Below, one piece after another: positions 1-12,072 of a stretch of DNA of 45,976 nt. The stretch comes from Candidatus Limnocylindria bacterium. Its GTDB lineage: Bacteria; Chloroflexota; Limnocylindria; P2-11E. The position numbers and the translations under genes are program-made. Under the pieces are notes generated by a model. The model was not told the DNA's origin, did not search any database, and saw only the letters and a list, made by a program, of their open reading frames with translations. Position 1 is the first letter of the stretch. Each line of letters starts with the position of its first letter. The DNA is taken from NCBI GenBank assembly GCA_035513115.1, contig DATKCP010000180.1, positions 1 to 45,976 on the forward strand. The letters are read 5' to 3'.

Positions 1-707
1 GCGCCGACCAGGAAGAGCGTCGCGAGCGTGATGGCGCCCATGTATGCGTACAACAGGTGCGACAGCGCCAGTCCGCAGAGCATCACGATCGCCAGGGCGC
101 GGCCCGTACCGCGCTCGAGGAGCGACCAGACGGCCGCGACCGTGAGGAAAGTGAAGTGCGCCGCCCACAGCTGCGTGTACATGCCGAACCCGCGCCACAC
201 GTAGCTGCCGTACTCGAGCCCGAAGAGGTGCGGCGCGGACAGCAGGCTCGACGCGCAGGCTGCCAGACAGGCCGCGCTCAGGCTGAAGCCCATGCGCCGC
301 AGCGACCAGAGCACCGTGAGGGGGAAAGCGACGAGCAGGATGTAGCGGACAGCGTTGAACAGCGTGACCACGTCGATCGTGCCGAACAGCGCCCGGTGCA
401 GCGCGGCGACCGCGACATGCGGCAGGTTCTGGTAGTAGAGGAACTGCGGGAAGCCGAGCTCGAGCTCCGGGACCCATGTATCGATCGGATTCTCGCCGCG
501 CGCGAACGCGTCACTCGCGCGCCGCACGAAGGCGAGGTGCTCCGCGTCGTCGTTCACGCTCGGCACGGCGACGGTGAGCTCGGGCAGCAGGGCGATGGCG
601 TTGAACAGGACCGGGACGGCGACCAGGGCGAGGAGGACTATCCGCTCGCGTCGGGCCGGCTGGTGCGGCTCGACGCTGCCGGCGAGCGCGCGGAGCCGCG
701 GGAGCAC
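1..707 (-). CDS. polytopic integral membrane protein, N-terminal part only (gene runs off the left edge); function unknown, possibly a membrane glycosyltransferase-like enzyme
   Basis: Absent from the ORF track because no stop lies in the window. Manual minus-strand translation from GTG at 707 gives MLPRLRALAGSVEPHQPARRERIVLLALVAVPVLFNAIALLPEL...ENPIDTWVPELELGFPQFLYYQNLPHVAVAALH...LLVAFPLTVLWSLRRMGF... It has several hydrophobic spans and G/C at nearly all third positions. It is the last gene of the co-directional 7797->1 cluster. Confidence 0.6.
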   Translation of the reverse strand, partial: MLPRLRALAGSVEPHQPARRERIVLLALVAVPVLFNAIALLPELTVAVPSVNDDAEHLAFVRRASDAFARGENPIDTWVPELELGFPQFLYYQNLPHVAVAALHRALFGTIDVVTLFNAVRYILLVAFPLTVLWSLRRMGFSLSAACLAACASSLLSAPHLFGLEYGSYVWRGFGMYTQLWAAHFTFLTVAAVWSLLERGTGRALAIVMLCGLALSHLLYAYMGAITLATLFLVG

Positions 708-732
708 CGCGCCTAGTGGCTGGGCGACCAGG

Positions 733-1320
733 TCACCCCGTGGGGGAGGGACTCGCCTGTCGCGCCGGGCTGGCACTCGGGCTTGGCGCCACGAGCTTCG
801 CGTCGAGGCGCTGGGCCGTGGCCAGCGCCTGTTCCGCCTCAGCGTTCTGGCCCAACTGGCGGAGGACGAGACCGAGATTAAAATACGCGGCCGCGTAGCT
901 CGGATCGATGGCGATGACGCGCCGGTACAGGTCGGCTGCCTCCTGGTTCGCACCCGCCTGCGCCCGGAGGATCGCGAGGTTGAAGAGCGCCGATCCCATC
1001 CGCGCATCCTGCTCGAGCGCAAGGCGGTAGTACGACTCGGCCGCGGCCGCTCGCTTCTCTGCTTGCGCGATGACGCCGAGGTTGTAGTAAGCGAACTTGT
1101 TCTTCGGATCCTTCGAGAGTGTCTCGAAGTAGGCCGCGGTGGCAGCGTCCAGATTGCCGGCGGTATGCGCCTGGAGAGCACGGCTGAGCGCGTCGTCCGC
1201 GGAGCCCGTCCCCGTGGTGCCCGGAGACGCGCATGACACCAGTGCCGCACCGAACAGCAGCGCGACGAGGGTGCGCGTCATGGAGCGCGGATCGTAGCGC
1301 AGCATGGTCTTCCTCCTCAT
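733..1320 (-). CDS. TPR-repeat lipoprotein
   Basis: Lipoprotein signal MTRTLVALLFGAALVSCAS. Several TPR-like units follow (AAYFETLSKDPKNKFAYYNLGVI, AESYYRLALEQD, ADLYRRVIAIDPSYAAAYFNLGLVL). The tail is Ser/Pro-rich. The ATG overlaps the upstream stop (ATGA). Confidence 0.85.
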   Translation of the reverse strand: MRRKTMLRYDPRSMTRTLVALLFGAALVSCASPGTTGTGSADDALSRALQAHTAGNLDAATAAYFETLSKDPKNKFAYYNLGVIAQAEKRAAAAESYYRLALEQDARMGSALFNLAILRAQAGANQEAADLYRRVIAIDPSYAAAYFNLGLVLRQLGQNAEAEQALATAQRLDAKLVAPSPSASPARQASPSPTG

Positions 1321-2252
1321 GGTCGCGTGGTCGGCGACGGGCTCGGCGACGTTGCAGGCGATGGCGACGTTGCCGGCGCGGCTGATGCGGGCGGCGTCGC
1401 CTGTGTGAGCTGCCTCGCCGCCGCGTCACCGACCTGCGCGTACAGCTGCGACGCGCGCGTGACGATCGCGTAGAGGTCCGGTGCGAGCAGGACACCGGCG
1501 TCGGCGGCGAACGACGAGCGTTCCAACTGCGCGTCCGTGGTGCGGACGTACGCCTCGGCATCGGCGGCGGTCATCTGGAGCACCTGGGCGACGGCGCCGA
1601 GCGCGCTGCGCCGGACGGTGCGCAGGTCGGTCAACGCCTTCTCGGTGATCGCTTGCGCGTCCCCTGTCGAGACCGGCAGCACCAGCTCGTTCAACTTCGC
1701 GAGCTGGTCGACGGCGGCGGTGAAGCCGCGCGCGATCCCCTGCTCCGTCGCGGCGCGCTGCGGAACGAGGGCGTCGCGCCCGGCTACCGCGGGGCGGTTC
1801 AGGCTGATCGCGGGCACCGCGGTGGCGCGAAGCGCGCGCTCCGCGGCGATCGCCCGCGCGACCGCCGAGTCCGCGCGCACGCGTTCGATCGCGAGCACCT
1901 TGTCGCGGTTGATGCGCATGCCGTCCGCGGGCTCGTGTGCTTCCTGGCCGCGCAGCACCAGGCCGACCGGCAGGCCGGTCGGCGCGCCCCTGGCGTCCTG
2001 GAAGTAGTAGACGTCGCGCAACACGAGCGTTCCAGACTCACCGGAGTCGTCGAGATGGCCGAAGTACGCCTGCCCGTCAAGCAGGAGCACCGCCGTCGTG
2101 CGCTCGGGGCCGACCACCGGCAGCGACCGCACGTCGACGTTGCCCGACACGACGATGCCGAGCACCGCGGGCAGGACGAGCCACGGGACGGCCCAGCGCA
2201 GGACGCGCCCCGCCACGCGCACCGGATCGCGTTCGGGCTCGTAGGCACTCAC
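1317..2252 (-). CDS. membrane-anchored protein, paralogue 3 of a triplicated ~85-aa domain, with an extra C-terminal helical region and Pro/Ser tail
   Basis: N-terminal TM helix (WAVPWLVLPAVLGIVVSG). The domain AVLLLDGQAYFGHL...LVLRDVYYFQ...LVLRGQEAHEP...MRINRDKVLAIERV aligns with the two upstream genes. GTGA overlap with the upstream stop. Confidence 0.8.
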   Translation of the reverse strand: MSAYEPERDPVRVAGRVLRWAVPWLVLPAVLGIVVSGNVDVRSLPVVGPERTTAVLLLDGQAYFGHLDDSGESGTLVLRDVYYFQDARGAPTGLPVGLVLRGQEAHEPADGMRINRDKVLAIERVRADSAVARAIAAERALRATAVPAISLNRPAVAGRDALVPQRAATEQGIARGFTAAVDQLAKLNELVLPVSTGDAQAITEKALTDLRTVRRSALGAVAQVLQMTAADAEAYVRTTDAQLERSSFAADAGVLLAPDLYAIVTRASQLYAQVGDAAARQLTQATPPASAAPATSPSPATSPSPSPTTRP

Positions 2253-2680
2253 TGGCGATCCTGCTTCATGAACTGCGCTATCGGCGACGCGTCACTCAGG
2301 TCCTCGACGAACAGGACGGCGGATCTCGGAACGAGCATCCGCGCCGCCGGCGAGTGCAGCTCTCTCCCGCGACGGACCAGCTTCGTGTCGGGCGCCTGAT
2401 CCGGATTCGCGCCCTCGGTCTGCTGAAGGTAGTGGACGTCCTCGATCTTCACGTAGGCGCCGAGGCGGTCGTAATAGCGGCCGAAGTACGTCTGTCCGTT
2501 GGCGAGGAACACGGCCTGGTAGTCCGCCCGGCCAAGCGACGGGAGCGTGAAGTCCCACCACTGCGTGAAGAAGAGCGCCGCCACAAAGACGGCGGTCGCG
2601 ACGGCCACGTTGCGCAGACGCCAGCGGTTGGCGGCGAGCCACCAGGTCGCGCGGCGGTAGGCGCGGCCCGGCGCGCTCAG
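2249..2680 (-). CDS. membrane-anchored protein, paralogue 2 of the triplicated domain (start uncertain)
   Basis: TM helix VAVATAVFVAALFF, then YQAVFLANGQTYFGRYY...IEDVHYLQQ...KLVRRGRELHSP...MLVPRSAVLFVEDL. The track ORF (2249..2953) has an Arg-rich N-terminal extension that overlaps gene 2677..3192 and looks non-coding. After the upstream stop, candidate starts are CTG at 2680 (CTGA overlap) or GTG at 2608. Confidence 0.7.
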   Translation of the reverse strand: MSAPGRAYRRATWWLAANRWRLRNVAVATAVFVAALFFTQWWDFTLPSLGRADYQAVFLANGQTYFGRYYDRLGAYVKIEDVHYLQQTEGANPDQAPDTKLVRRGRELHSPAARMLVPRSAVLFVEDLSDASPIAQFMKQDRQ

Positions 2681-3192
2681 CGCGTCGGGCTCGCCTGCGC
2701 CGTCGGGCTGGGCGGCGCTGCCGTTCGGAGCGGCGTCGCGGGCGGCGCGGTGGTAACAGGAACGCCAGACTTGAAGCGCCGGATCGCGGTGACGATCTCC
2801 GCGTCGTCGCGCAGGTTCTCGATGAACAGCACCTGCTGCTTCGGGATCAGCATCGGCTCCCTTGGACCCTGCGGCTCCGAGCCGCGCTTGATCAACTGCG
2901 TTCCGGACTCCTCGGTCGAGGAGAGGTAGAACACGTCCGACAGCACGAACCACTGGTCACCCTGCTCCTGCAGCTTTCCAAAGTACGTCGAGCCGTTGGT
3001 GAGGAAGACGGCCTGATAGGCGTCGCGGTCGATGACCTCGGCGGCACCGGGCGCGATCAGCCCCGCGAGACCCGTGCGGAAGAGCTGCGTGCGCGCGATC
3101 AGCACGACGGCGATCAGCAGGATGAGGACGAGCAGCATCACGAAGATGCGCCGCAGCGCGCTGACGGGAACGACTATGGCGTTGTCGCGCAC
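2677..3192 (-). CDS. membrane-anchored protein, paralogue 1 of the triplicated domain
   Basis: TM helix IFVMLLVLILLIAVVLIA, then YQAVFLTNGSTYFGKLQ...VLSDVFYLSS...QLIKRGSEPQGP...MLIPKQQVLFIENL and a Pro/Thr/Ala tail. GTG start lies 12 nt after the stop of the 1530-aa gene, preceded by GAGG. Confidence 0.85.
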   Translation of the reverse strand: MRDNAIVVPVSALRRIFVMLLVLILLIAVVLIARTQLFRTGLAGLIAPGAAEVIDRDAYQAVFLTNGSTYFGKLQEQGDQWFVLSDVFYLSSTEESGTQLIKRGSEPQGPREPMLIPKQQVLFIENLRDDAEIVTAIRRFKSGVPVTTAPPATPLRTAAPPSPTAQASPTR

Positions 3193-3204
3193 CTCGGTCG
3201 TACG

Positions 3205-7797
<4,593 letters not shown>

Positions 7798-7976
7798 GCC
7801 GATAGCCTCGCGTTTTGGCCGTTAGGGACCATCGGACCTTCGAATGAGTTTGGTAGGAGAGGCGTGTCGCGATTCCGTACAAGGTCGCGGGAACACCGAC
7901 AGCTTGGTCGCCCGCTTGGGGGATGGCCCCACTCAATGTGCGCGGCAACCGCCGGCGTGGCGTTGAATAGGCGCCG

Positions 7977-8423
7977 TTGGCGCAGACGAAGGTGCTTCTG
8001 GTGGTCGCCCACCCGGTGATCGGGTCGGGCATCGAAACACTCTTGCGACTCGAGGAGCGGTACGACGTTCGGCGGGTCGCGAGCGCTCATGAGGCGGCCG
8101 CGCTCCGCGAGTGGCGTCCCGATGTCGCGCTCATCGACGGCGCGCTCCTGAGCGGCGGCGCGCGCGTCCATCTCGGTTCACCGACGCTGGTGCTCTCGGG
8201 CACAGAGGCCGACGGCCGCGGGCTGTTGCGTCGACTTCCCGAGGGACGCGGATGGCTGCGCAAGGACGCGACCGCAGCCGAGTTCGCAAAGATGATCGAC
8301 GGTGTCGCGAGTCGTCCGATCGCCCAGGTCACGCTGGGCACGCTCGGCACCGCCGTCCTCGTGCTGCTGGTGCTCGCGGTGATCCTGCTGGTGATCTATC
8401 TCGTCTGGCTCGCGCTGTATTGA
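7977..8423 (+). CDS. degenerate receiver-like domain protein with a C-terminal transmembrane anchor
   Basis: KVLLVVAHPVIG: the usual acidic pair is replaced by A-H. DVALIDGAL keeps the phospho-acceptor-position Asp. TLVLSG and GWLRKDA resemble receiver beta4/beta5. C-terminal TM LGTAVLVLLVLAVILLVIYLVWLALY. High GC3. TTG start (GTG 6 codons downstream is also possible). Confidence 0.7.
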   Translation: MAQTKVLLVVAHPVIGSGIETLLRLEERYDVRRVASAHEAAALREWRPDVALIDGALLSGGARVHLGSPTLVLSGTEADGRGLLRRLPEGRGWLRKDATAAEFAKMIDGVASRPIAQVTLGTLGTAVLVLLVLAVILLVIYLVWLALY

Positions 8424-8469
8424 CGACGAGGTCGGAACGAGCGCGCGGTGCTCCTCCGTCCGTGGCCCA

Positions 8470-8475
8470 TACAAT
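8470..8475 (+). promoter_or_regulatory. candidate -10 hexamer TACAAT for a leaderless transcript of the NarL-type regulator
   Basis: TACAAT is followed by 6 nt (cacgcc) and then the GTG start at 8482. No Shine-Dalgarno is visible. Confidence 0.4.
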
Positions 8476-8481
8476 CACGCC

Positions 8482-9129
8482 GTGACACGTGTTTTGCTCG
8501 TCGACGACCACGAGCTGGTCCGGCAAGGCGTCGCGGCGATGCTCCTGAAGGCCGACGGCATCGAGGTCGTCGGCGAAGCGCGGACCGGTCGCGAGGCGAT
8601 CGAGGCGACGCGCCGGGATCTGCCCGACGTCGTACTGATGGACGTCCGGATGCCGGACATGGACGGACTCGAGGCGACGAAGAAGATCAAGGAAGAGCGC
8701 CCGCGCACCGCGGTGATCATGGTCACGATGCATGACAACCCCGCCTACCTGCGTGACGCCGTACGCGCCGGCGCCGCCGGCTACCTCCTGAAGGACGTCT
8801 CGAAGGAGGAGCTCGTCGACGCGATCCGCCAGGTCTCGACCGGCGGCGCGTTCATCGAGTCGAAGCTGCTCCGCGGGATGCTGAGCGAGATGAAGCCCGC
8901 GGGTCCGGTGCCGTCGGCCGCAAAGAACCTCACCAAGCGGGAGCGAGAGATCCTGGGCCTCGTGGCCGAGGGCCTCTCCAATCGCGAGATCGCCGACAAG
9001 CTCGTGCTCTCACCCGAGACCGTGAAGAGCCACGTCGCCGCGATCCTTGAGAAGCTGAATGTCTCGGATCGTACCCAGGCCGCGATCTATGCCGTCCGCA
9101 ACGGCTTGGTGGACGCGACACAGCTTTAG
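8482..9129 (+). CDS. NarL/LuxR-family response regulator (receiver + HTH)
   Basis: VLLVDDHELVRQG, DVVLMDVRMPDMDG, VIMVTMHD, GYLLKD. C-terminal LuxR HTH: LTKREREILGLVAEGLSNREIADKLVLSPETVKSHVAAILEKLNVSDRTQAA. Confidence 0.95.
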   Translation: MTRVLLVDDHELVRQGVAAMLLKADGIEVVGEARTGREAIEATRRDLPDVVLMDVRMPDMDGLEATKKIKEERPRTAVIMVTMHDNPAYLRDAVRAGAAGYLLKDVSKEELVDAIRQVSTGGAFIESKLLRGMLSEMKPAGPVPSAAKNLTKREREILGLVAEGLSNREIADKLVLSPETVKSHVAAILEKLNVSDRTQAAIYAVRNGLVDATQL

Positions 9130-10370
9130 CCCCCGCGCCGCCTGAGTGCCAGGAACGTCGCCGCGGCCGCGGCCTGTGTCCCGAGCGCGACCACGAGGAC
9201 GACGCGCGCCATCGTCAGCGGATCCGTCGCGCTCGTGACCAGCAGAACGACCTCCACCACCACCGCGCCGGCGAGGAGGAGGCCCACACGCATCTCGCCG
9301 CGACCGATGAAATACGAGATCCACAGATTGAGGAGGGCGTTGGCGAGCGCGGCGATCCCATAGGTGCCGACGATCTTCGCGGTCTCCGGATACTGCGCGC
9401 CGACGACGATGGGCACGAGGATCTCCGGCATCACGACGTACGCGCCGGCGACGAGGCCACTCGTCGCGAGCACAAATCCCAGCGCGAGGAACAGGGCGCG
9501 GTCGGTGTCCTCGCCGCGCGCATGCGCTCGCGCGGTCCGCTCGAGGAGCAGGAAGCCGATCGCGATCGGCGCGAAAAGCACGATCTTTCCCATCGTGATC
9601 GCGCCGGCGTACGCGCCCGCGTCCTCGGGCCGCAATAGCGAGCGCGCGAGCACGGCGTCGATGTTCGTGAGGGCCGCGTAGGCGAGCAGCACGATGGCCG
9701 AGAGCGCGAAGAAGCGCGTCTCGGCCGCCCCGAGCTCGTACAGCACCGTGTTCCTGCGCGCGGCATGGAACAGCGGGACGAGCGGAATGACAAGGACGAT
9801 GAGGCTGACGGCGATCGCGGCCGTGGCGCCGCTGAACGCTCCGTCGACGCCGAAACCCACCAGGACCATAGCCACACCGATCGCGAGGCGGCCACCTGCC
9901 TGCGCAATGAGGGCGCTGCCCATCCATACGAAACGCCCGAGGCCCTGCAGCAGACCCAGCCCGAAGGTGAACACGAGCGCGAGGAACAGCGCCAGCCCGA
10001 GCAGGGCGACGGAGAACGCCGGCAGCGCGAGCACGCTCGCGATGACGCCCGAGAGCAGGGCGACCAGCAGTCCGAACCCGGCGGCGGCGCTCCCCACGCG
10101 CACGGACCAGCGGCGCACGAAGGCGTGGAGCGCCGCTTCCTCGTTCCGGGCGCGATATTGGGCGGCGAGCTTGGCCGTCGCGGACTGGATGACCTGGCTC
10201 GAGATCGACTCGAGGATCAGGATCCCGAAGAGCGCGGTGAGCACGGCGTATTCCTCGGGTCGGAGGAGCCGCGCCATGACGACCTGGTAGCCGTACGCGA
10301 GGACGTTCGCGACGAACGTCGCCGCGAAGAGGAAGAGAGCCCCGGAGTGCCGCTGCGCGCGTGACAGCAC
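9126..10370 (-). CDS. MOP-superfamily (Wzx-like) polysaccharide/oligosaccharide flippase
   Basis: 414 aa, about 12 hydrophobic helices. The N-terminus FLFAATFVANVLAYGYQVVMARLLRPEEYAVLTALFGILIL is typical of polysaccharide biosynthesis/flippase proteins. Confidence 0.8.
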   Translation of the reverse strand: MLSRAQRHSGALFLFAATFVANVLAYGYQVVMARLLRPEEYAVLTALFGILILESISSQVIQSATAKLAAQYRARNEEAALHAFVRRWSVRVGSAAAGFGLLVALLSGVIASVLALPAFSVALLGLALFLALVFTFGLGLLQGLGRFVWMGSALIAQAGGRLAIGVAMVLVGFGVDGAFSGATAAIAVSLIVLVIPLVPLFHAARRNTVLYELGAAETRFFALSAIVLLAYAALTNIDAVLARSLLRPEDAGAYAGAITMGKIVLFAPIAIGFLLLERTARAHARGEDTDRALFLALGFVLATSGLVAGAYVVMPEILVPIVVGAQYPETAKIVGTYGIAALANALLNLWISYFIGRGEMRVGLLLAGAVVVEVVLLVTSATDPLTMARVVLVVALGTQAAAAATFLALRRRGG

Positions 10371-10396
10371 CCGCGAAGGTTAGCGACTGCGCGGAC

Positions 10397-11431
10397 CTAC
10401 GCTCGGACCGGCTCCTTGAGGGGCGCGACGAGCATGAAGTTCTCCACCAGCTCGTCCGACTCAGGCGAGGTGTAACTCTCGATGTCGCCGTTGTCGGCGT
10501 CGCGCGCGATCGCCGGGTCGATGGGCAGCTTCCCCATCAGCGGCGCGTTCGACGCGATCACGAGCTTCAGCCCTTGCGAGGGACCGAAGACCTCCAGACG
10601 CTGCCCGTCCGGAAGCGTGACGTACGCCATGTTCTCGACAACGCCGATGATGTCACCGCCGAGCTGCTTCACGAGCTTCACGGCCTTGGTGACCACCATG
10701 GTCGCGAGTGCCTGCGGCGTGGTGACCAGCACCACACCGTCGACCGGTAGCGCCTGCATCACCGTGAGGGGCGCGTCGCTCGTGCCCGGCGGAAGGTCCA
10801 CGATGAGGTAGTCCAGCTCGCCCCACTGCACGTCGCTGAAGAACTGACGGATCGCGCCGGAGACCATCGGGCCGCGCCAGATCACGGCCTCCTCTTCGCT
10901 CGGAAGGATGAGGTTCATCGACATGATCGGGATCCCGCCGCGCGACTTCGGTGGAACGAGCGTCTTGCCGTCCGCTGACATCGGCTTCTCGCGCACGCCG
11001 AACATCCGCGGGATCGACGGCCCGGTGATGTCGCCGTCCAGGATTCCGACGCTGAATCCGCGCCGCTTCAATCCGACCGCCAGGAGGCCGGCGACGAGGG
11101 ACTTCCCCACTCCACCCTTGCCCGACATGACCGCGATGACATGTTTGATGCCCTTCTGCTCGGCCATGCCGCGTGGCACGCCCTTCGCGGCGAGCGACGG
11201 TGCGGGCGGCGCGCCCTCCGGCAGCTTGCCGGTGTCGGCGAACACGTTGAGCTCACCGATGAGGTCGTCGAGTTTCACGCGACCCGCGCCGTGACCGGCG
11301 GCGGCCTGCGCGATGGTCTCGCTTTTGCTGATCGCGCACGAGGCGCACCCGAGGCTGTACCGCGCGAAGATCCGCGCCGAGTCCGGCCAGCGGTCGACGA
11401 CCGAGGCGATGGTCATGTCGGGGGTGATCAC
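10397..11431 (-). CDS. Mrp/ApbC/NBP35-family Fe-S cluster carrier ATPase with an N-terminal DUF1858-like (CxxC) domain
   Basis: ITPDMTIASVVDRWPDSARIFARYSLGCASCAIS is the DUF1858 pattern. Deviant Walker A: VMSGKGGVGKS. Also DYLIVDLPPGTSD and ENM. Start is taken as GTG 11431 (GAGGAAG 5-6 nt upstream, GTGA overlap). The 542-aa track ORF has an Arg-rich, non-coding-looking N-terminal extension. Confidence 0.9.
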   Translation of the reverse strand: MITPDMTIASVVDRWPDSARIFARYSLGCASCAISKSETIAQAAAGHGAGRVKLDDLIGELNVFADTGKLPEGAPPAPSLAAKGVPRGMAEQKGIKHVIAVMSGKGGVGKSLVAGLLAVGLKRRGFSVGILDGDITGPSIPRMFGVREKPMSADGKTLVPPKSRGGIPIMSMNLILPSEEEAVIWRGPMVSGAIRQFFSDVQWGELDYLIVDLPPGTSDAPLTVMQALPVDGVVLVTTPQALATMVVTKAVKLVKQLGGDIIGVVENMAYVTLPDGQRLEVFGPSQGLKLVIASNAPLMGKLPIDPAIARDADNGDIESYTSPESDELVENFMLVAPLKEPVRA

Positions 11432-11583
11432 TCGGCTTCCTCGATGAGCATAACCGGGATGCCGTCGCGGACCGGATACCGACGGTGACAACGACCGCAG
11501 GTGAGGCGGTCGCCCTCCTCGGTGAGCGGACCATGGTCCGCGGGACAGACGAGGATCTCGAGCAGCTGCTTGTCGATGGGCAT
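11428..11583 (-). CDS. Trm112/UPF0434-like small zinc-ribbon protein (51 aa)
   Basis: Not in the ORF track (below the size cut-off). Manual translation: MPIDKQLLEILVCPADHGPLTEEGDRLTCGRCHRRYPVRDGIPVMLIEEAE. It shows the characteristic LL.ILVCP...L...C..C...YPI.DGIPVML pattern. Its TGA overlaps the GTG of the Mrp gene. Confidence 0.75.
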   Translation of the reverse strand: MPIDKQLLEILVCPADHGPLTEEGDRLTCGRCHRRYPVRDGIPVMLIEEAE

Positions 11584-11592
11584 GCCACGATG

Positions 11593-12072
11593 TTAGTCGT
11601 TCATCTGCAGCGTCGCGGTCGCCCCGACCGTACGCGTGGTCCCGCTGTCGTCGGACTCGAAGTCGAGCACGAGCACGTAAGCGTCCGCCGGCACGCGCGC
11701 TCCTGACTCGTCCTCGCCGTTCCACGTCATGGAGGTCGTCGCGCGCCCTCCAGCCGTGATCCTCGCGGTCGTCACGACGAGACGGCGAACGAGGACCTCG
11801 GACGGCGCGCCGCCTTCGCCCATGCCGGTGGCCATCACCCGCGCCTCGAGCGGGCCGGTGATGGTGCCTCGTGTGGTGATGATCGCCACGTCGATGCGCG
11901 CCGATGCGCCGAGCACATAGTGTGGCTGGACCGCGATCTCGACATGTCCGTTCGGCAGCACCGTCGGCACGACGATGACTCCGGGCGTGGGTGTCCGCTC
12001 GATGGCCACGGGCCGCGGCCCGCACGCCCCCATCAACAGGACCAGCACGAGGGCGCTAGCGGGCCGCCACAC
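11593..12072 (-). CDS. lipoprotein of unknown function (beta-rich, Ig-like)
   Basis: Signal MWRPASALVLVLLMGAC. High GC3. The C-terminal part (MTWNGEDESGARVPADAYVLVLDFES) resembles FlgD-Ig-type folds. Confidence 0.7.
   Translation of the reverse strand: MWRPASALVLVLLMGACGPRPVAIERTPTPGVIVVPTVLPNGHVEIAVQPHYVLGASARIDVAIITTRGTITGPLEARVMATGMGEGGAPSEVLVRRLVVTTARITAGGRATTSMTWNGEDESGARVPADAYVLVLDFESDDSGTTRTVGATATLQMND

Noticed and set aside
57-1236. Plus-strand ORFs 57..716 and 574..1236.
   Set aside because: They are antisense to a membrane-protein frame and to the TPR lipoprotein. Their products are Arg/Glu-rich and featureless.
10397-12025. N-terminal extensions of track ORFs taken at face value. 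Examples: the 542-aa Mrp ORF, the 554-aa YibE/F ORF 15092..16756, the 459-aa ArgF ORF 43894..45273, and the 409-aa CcmH ORF 40148..41377.
   Set aside because: The extensions are Arg/His/Gly-rich, overlap credible upstream genes, and precede well-placed internal starts (SD or 4-nt overlaps). The genes were trimmed accordingly.
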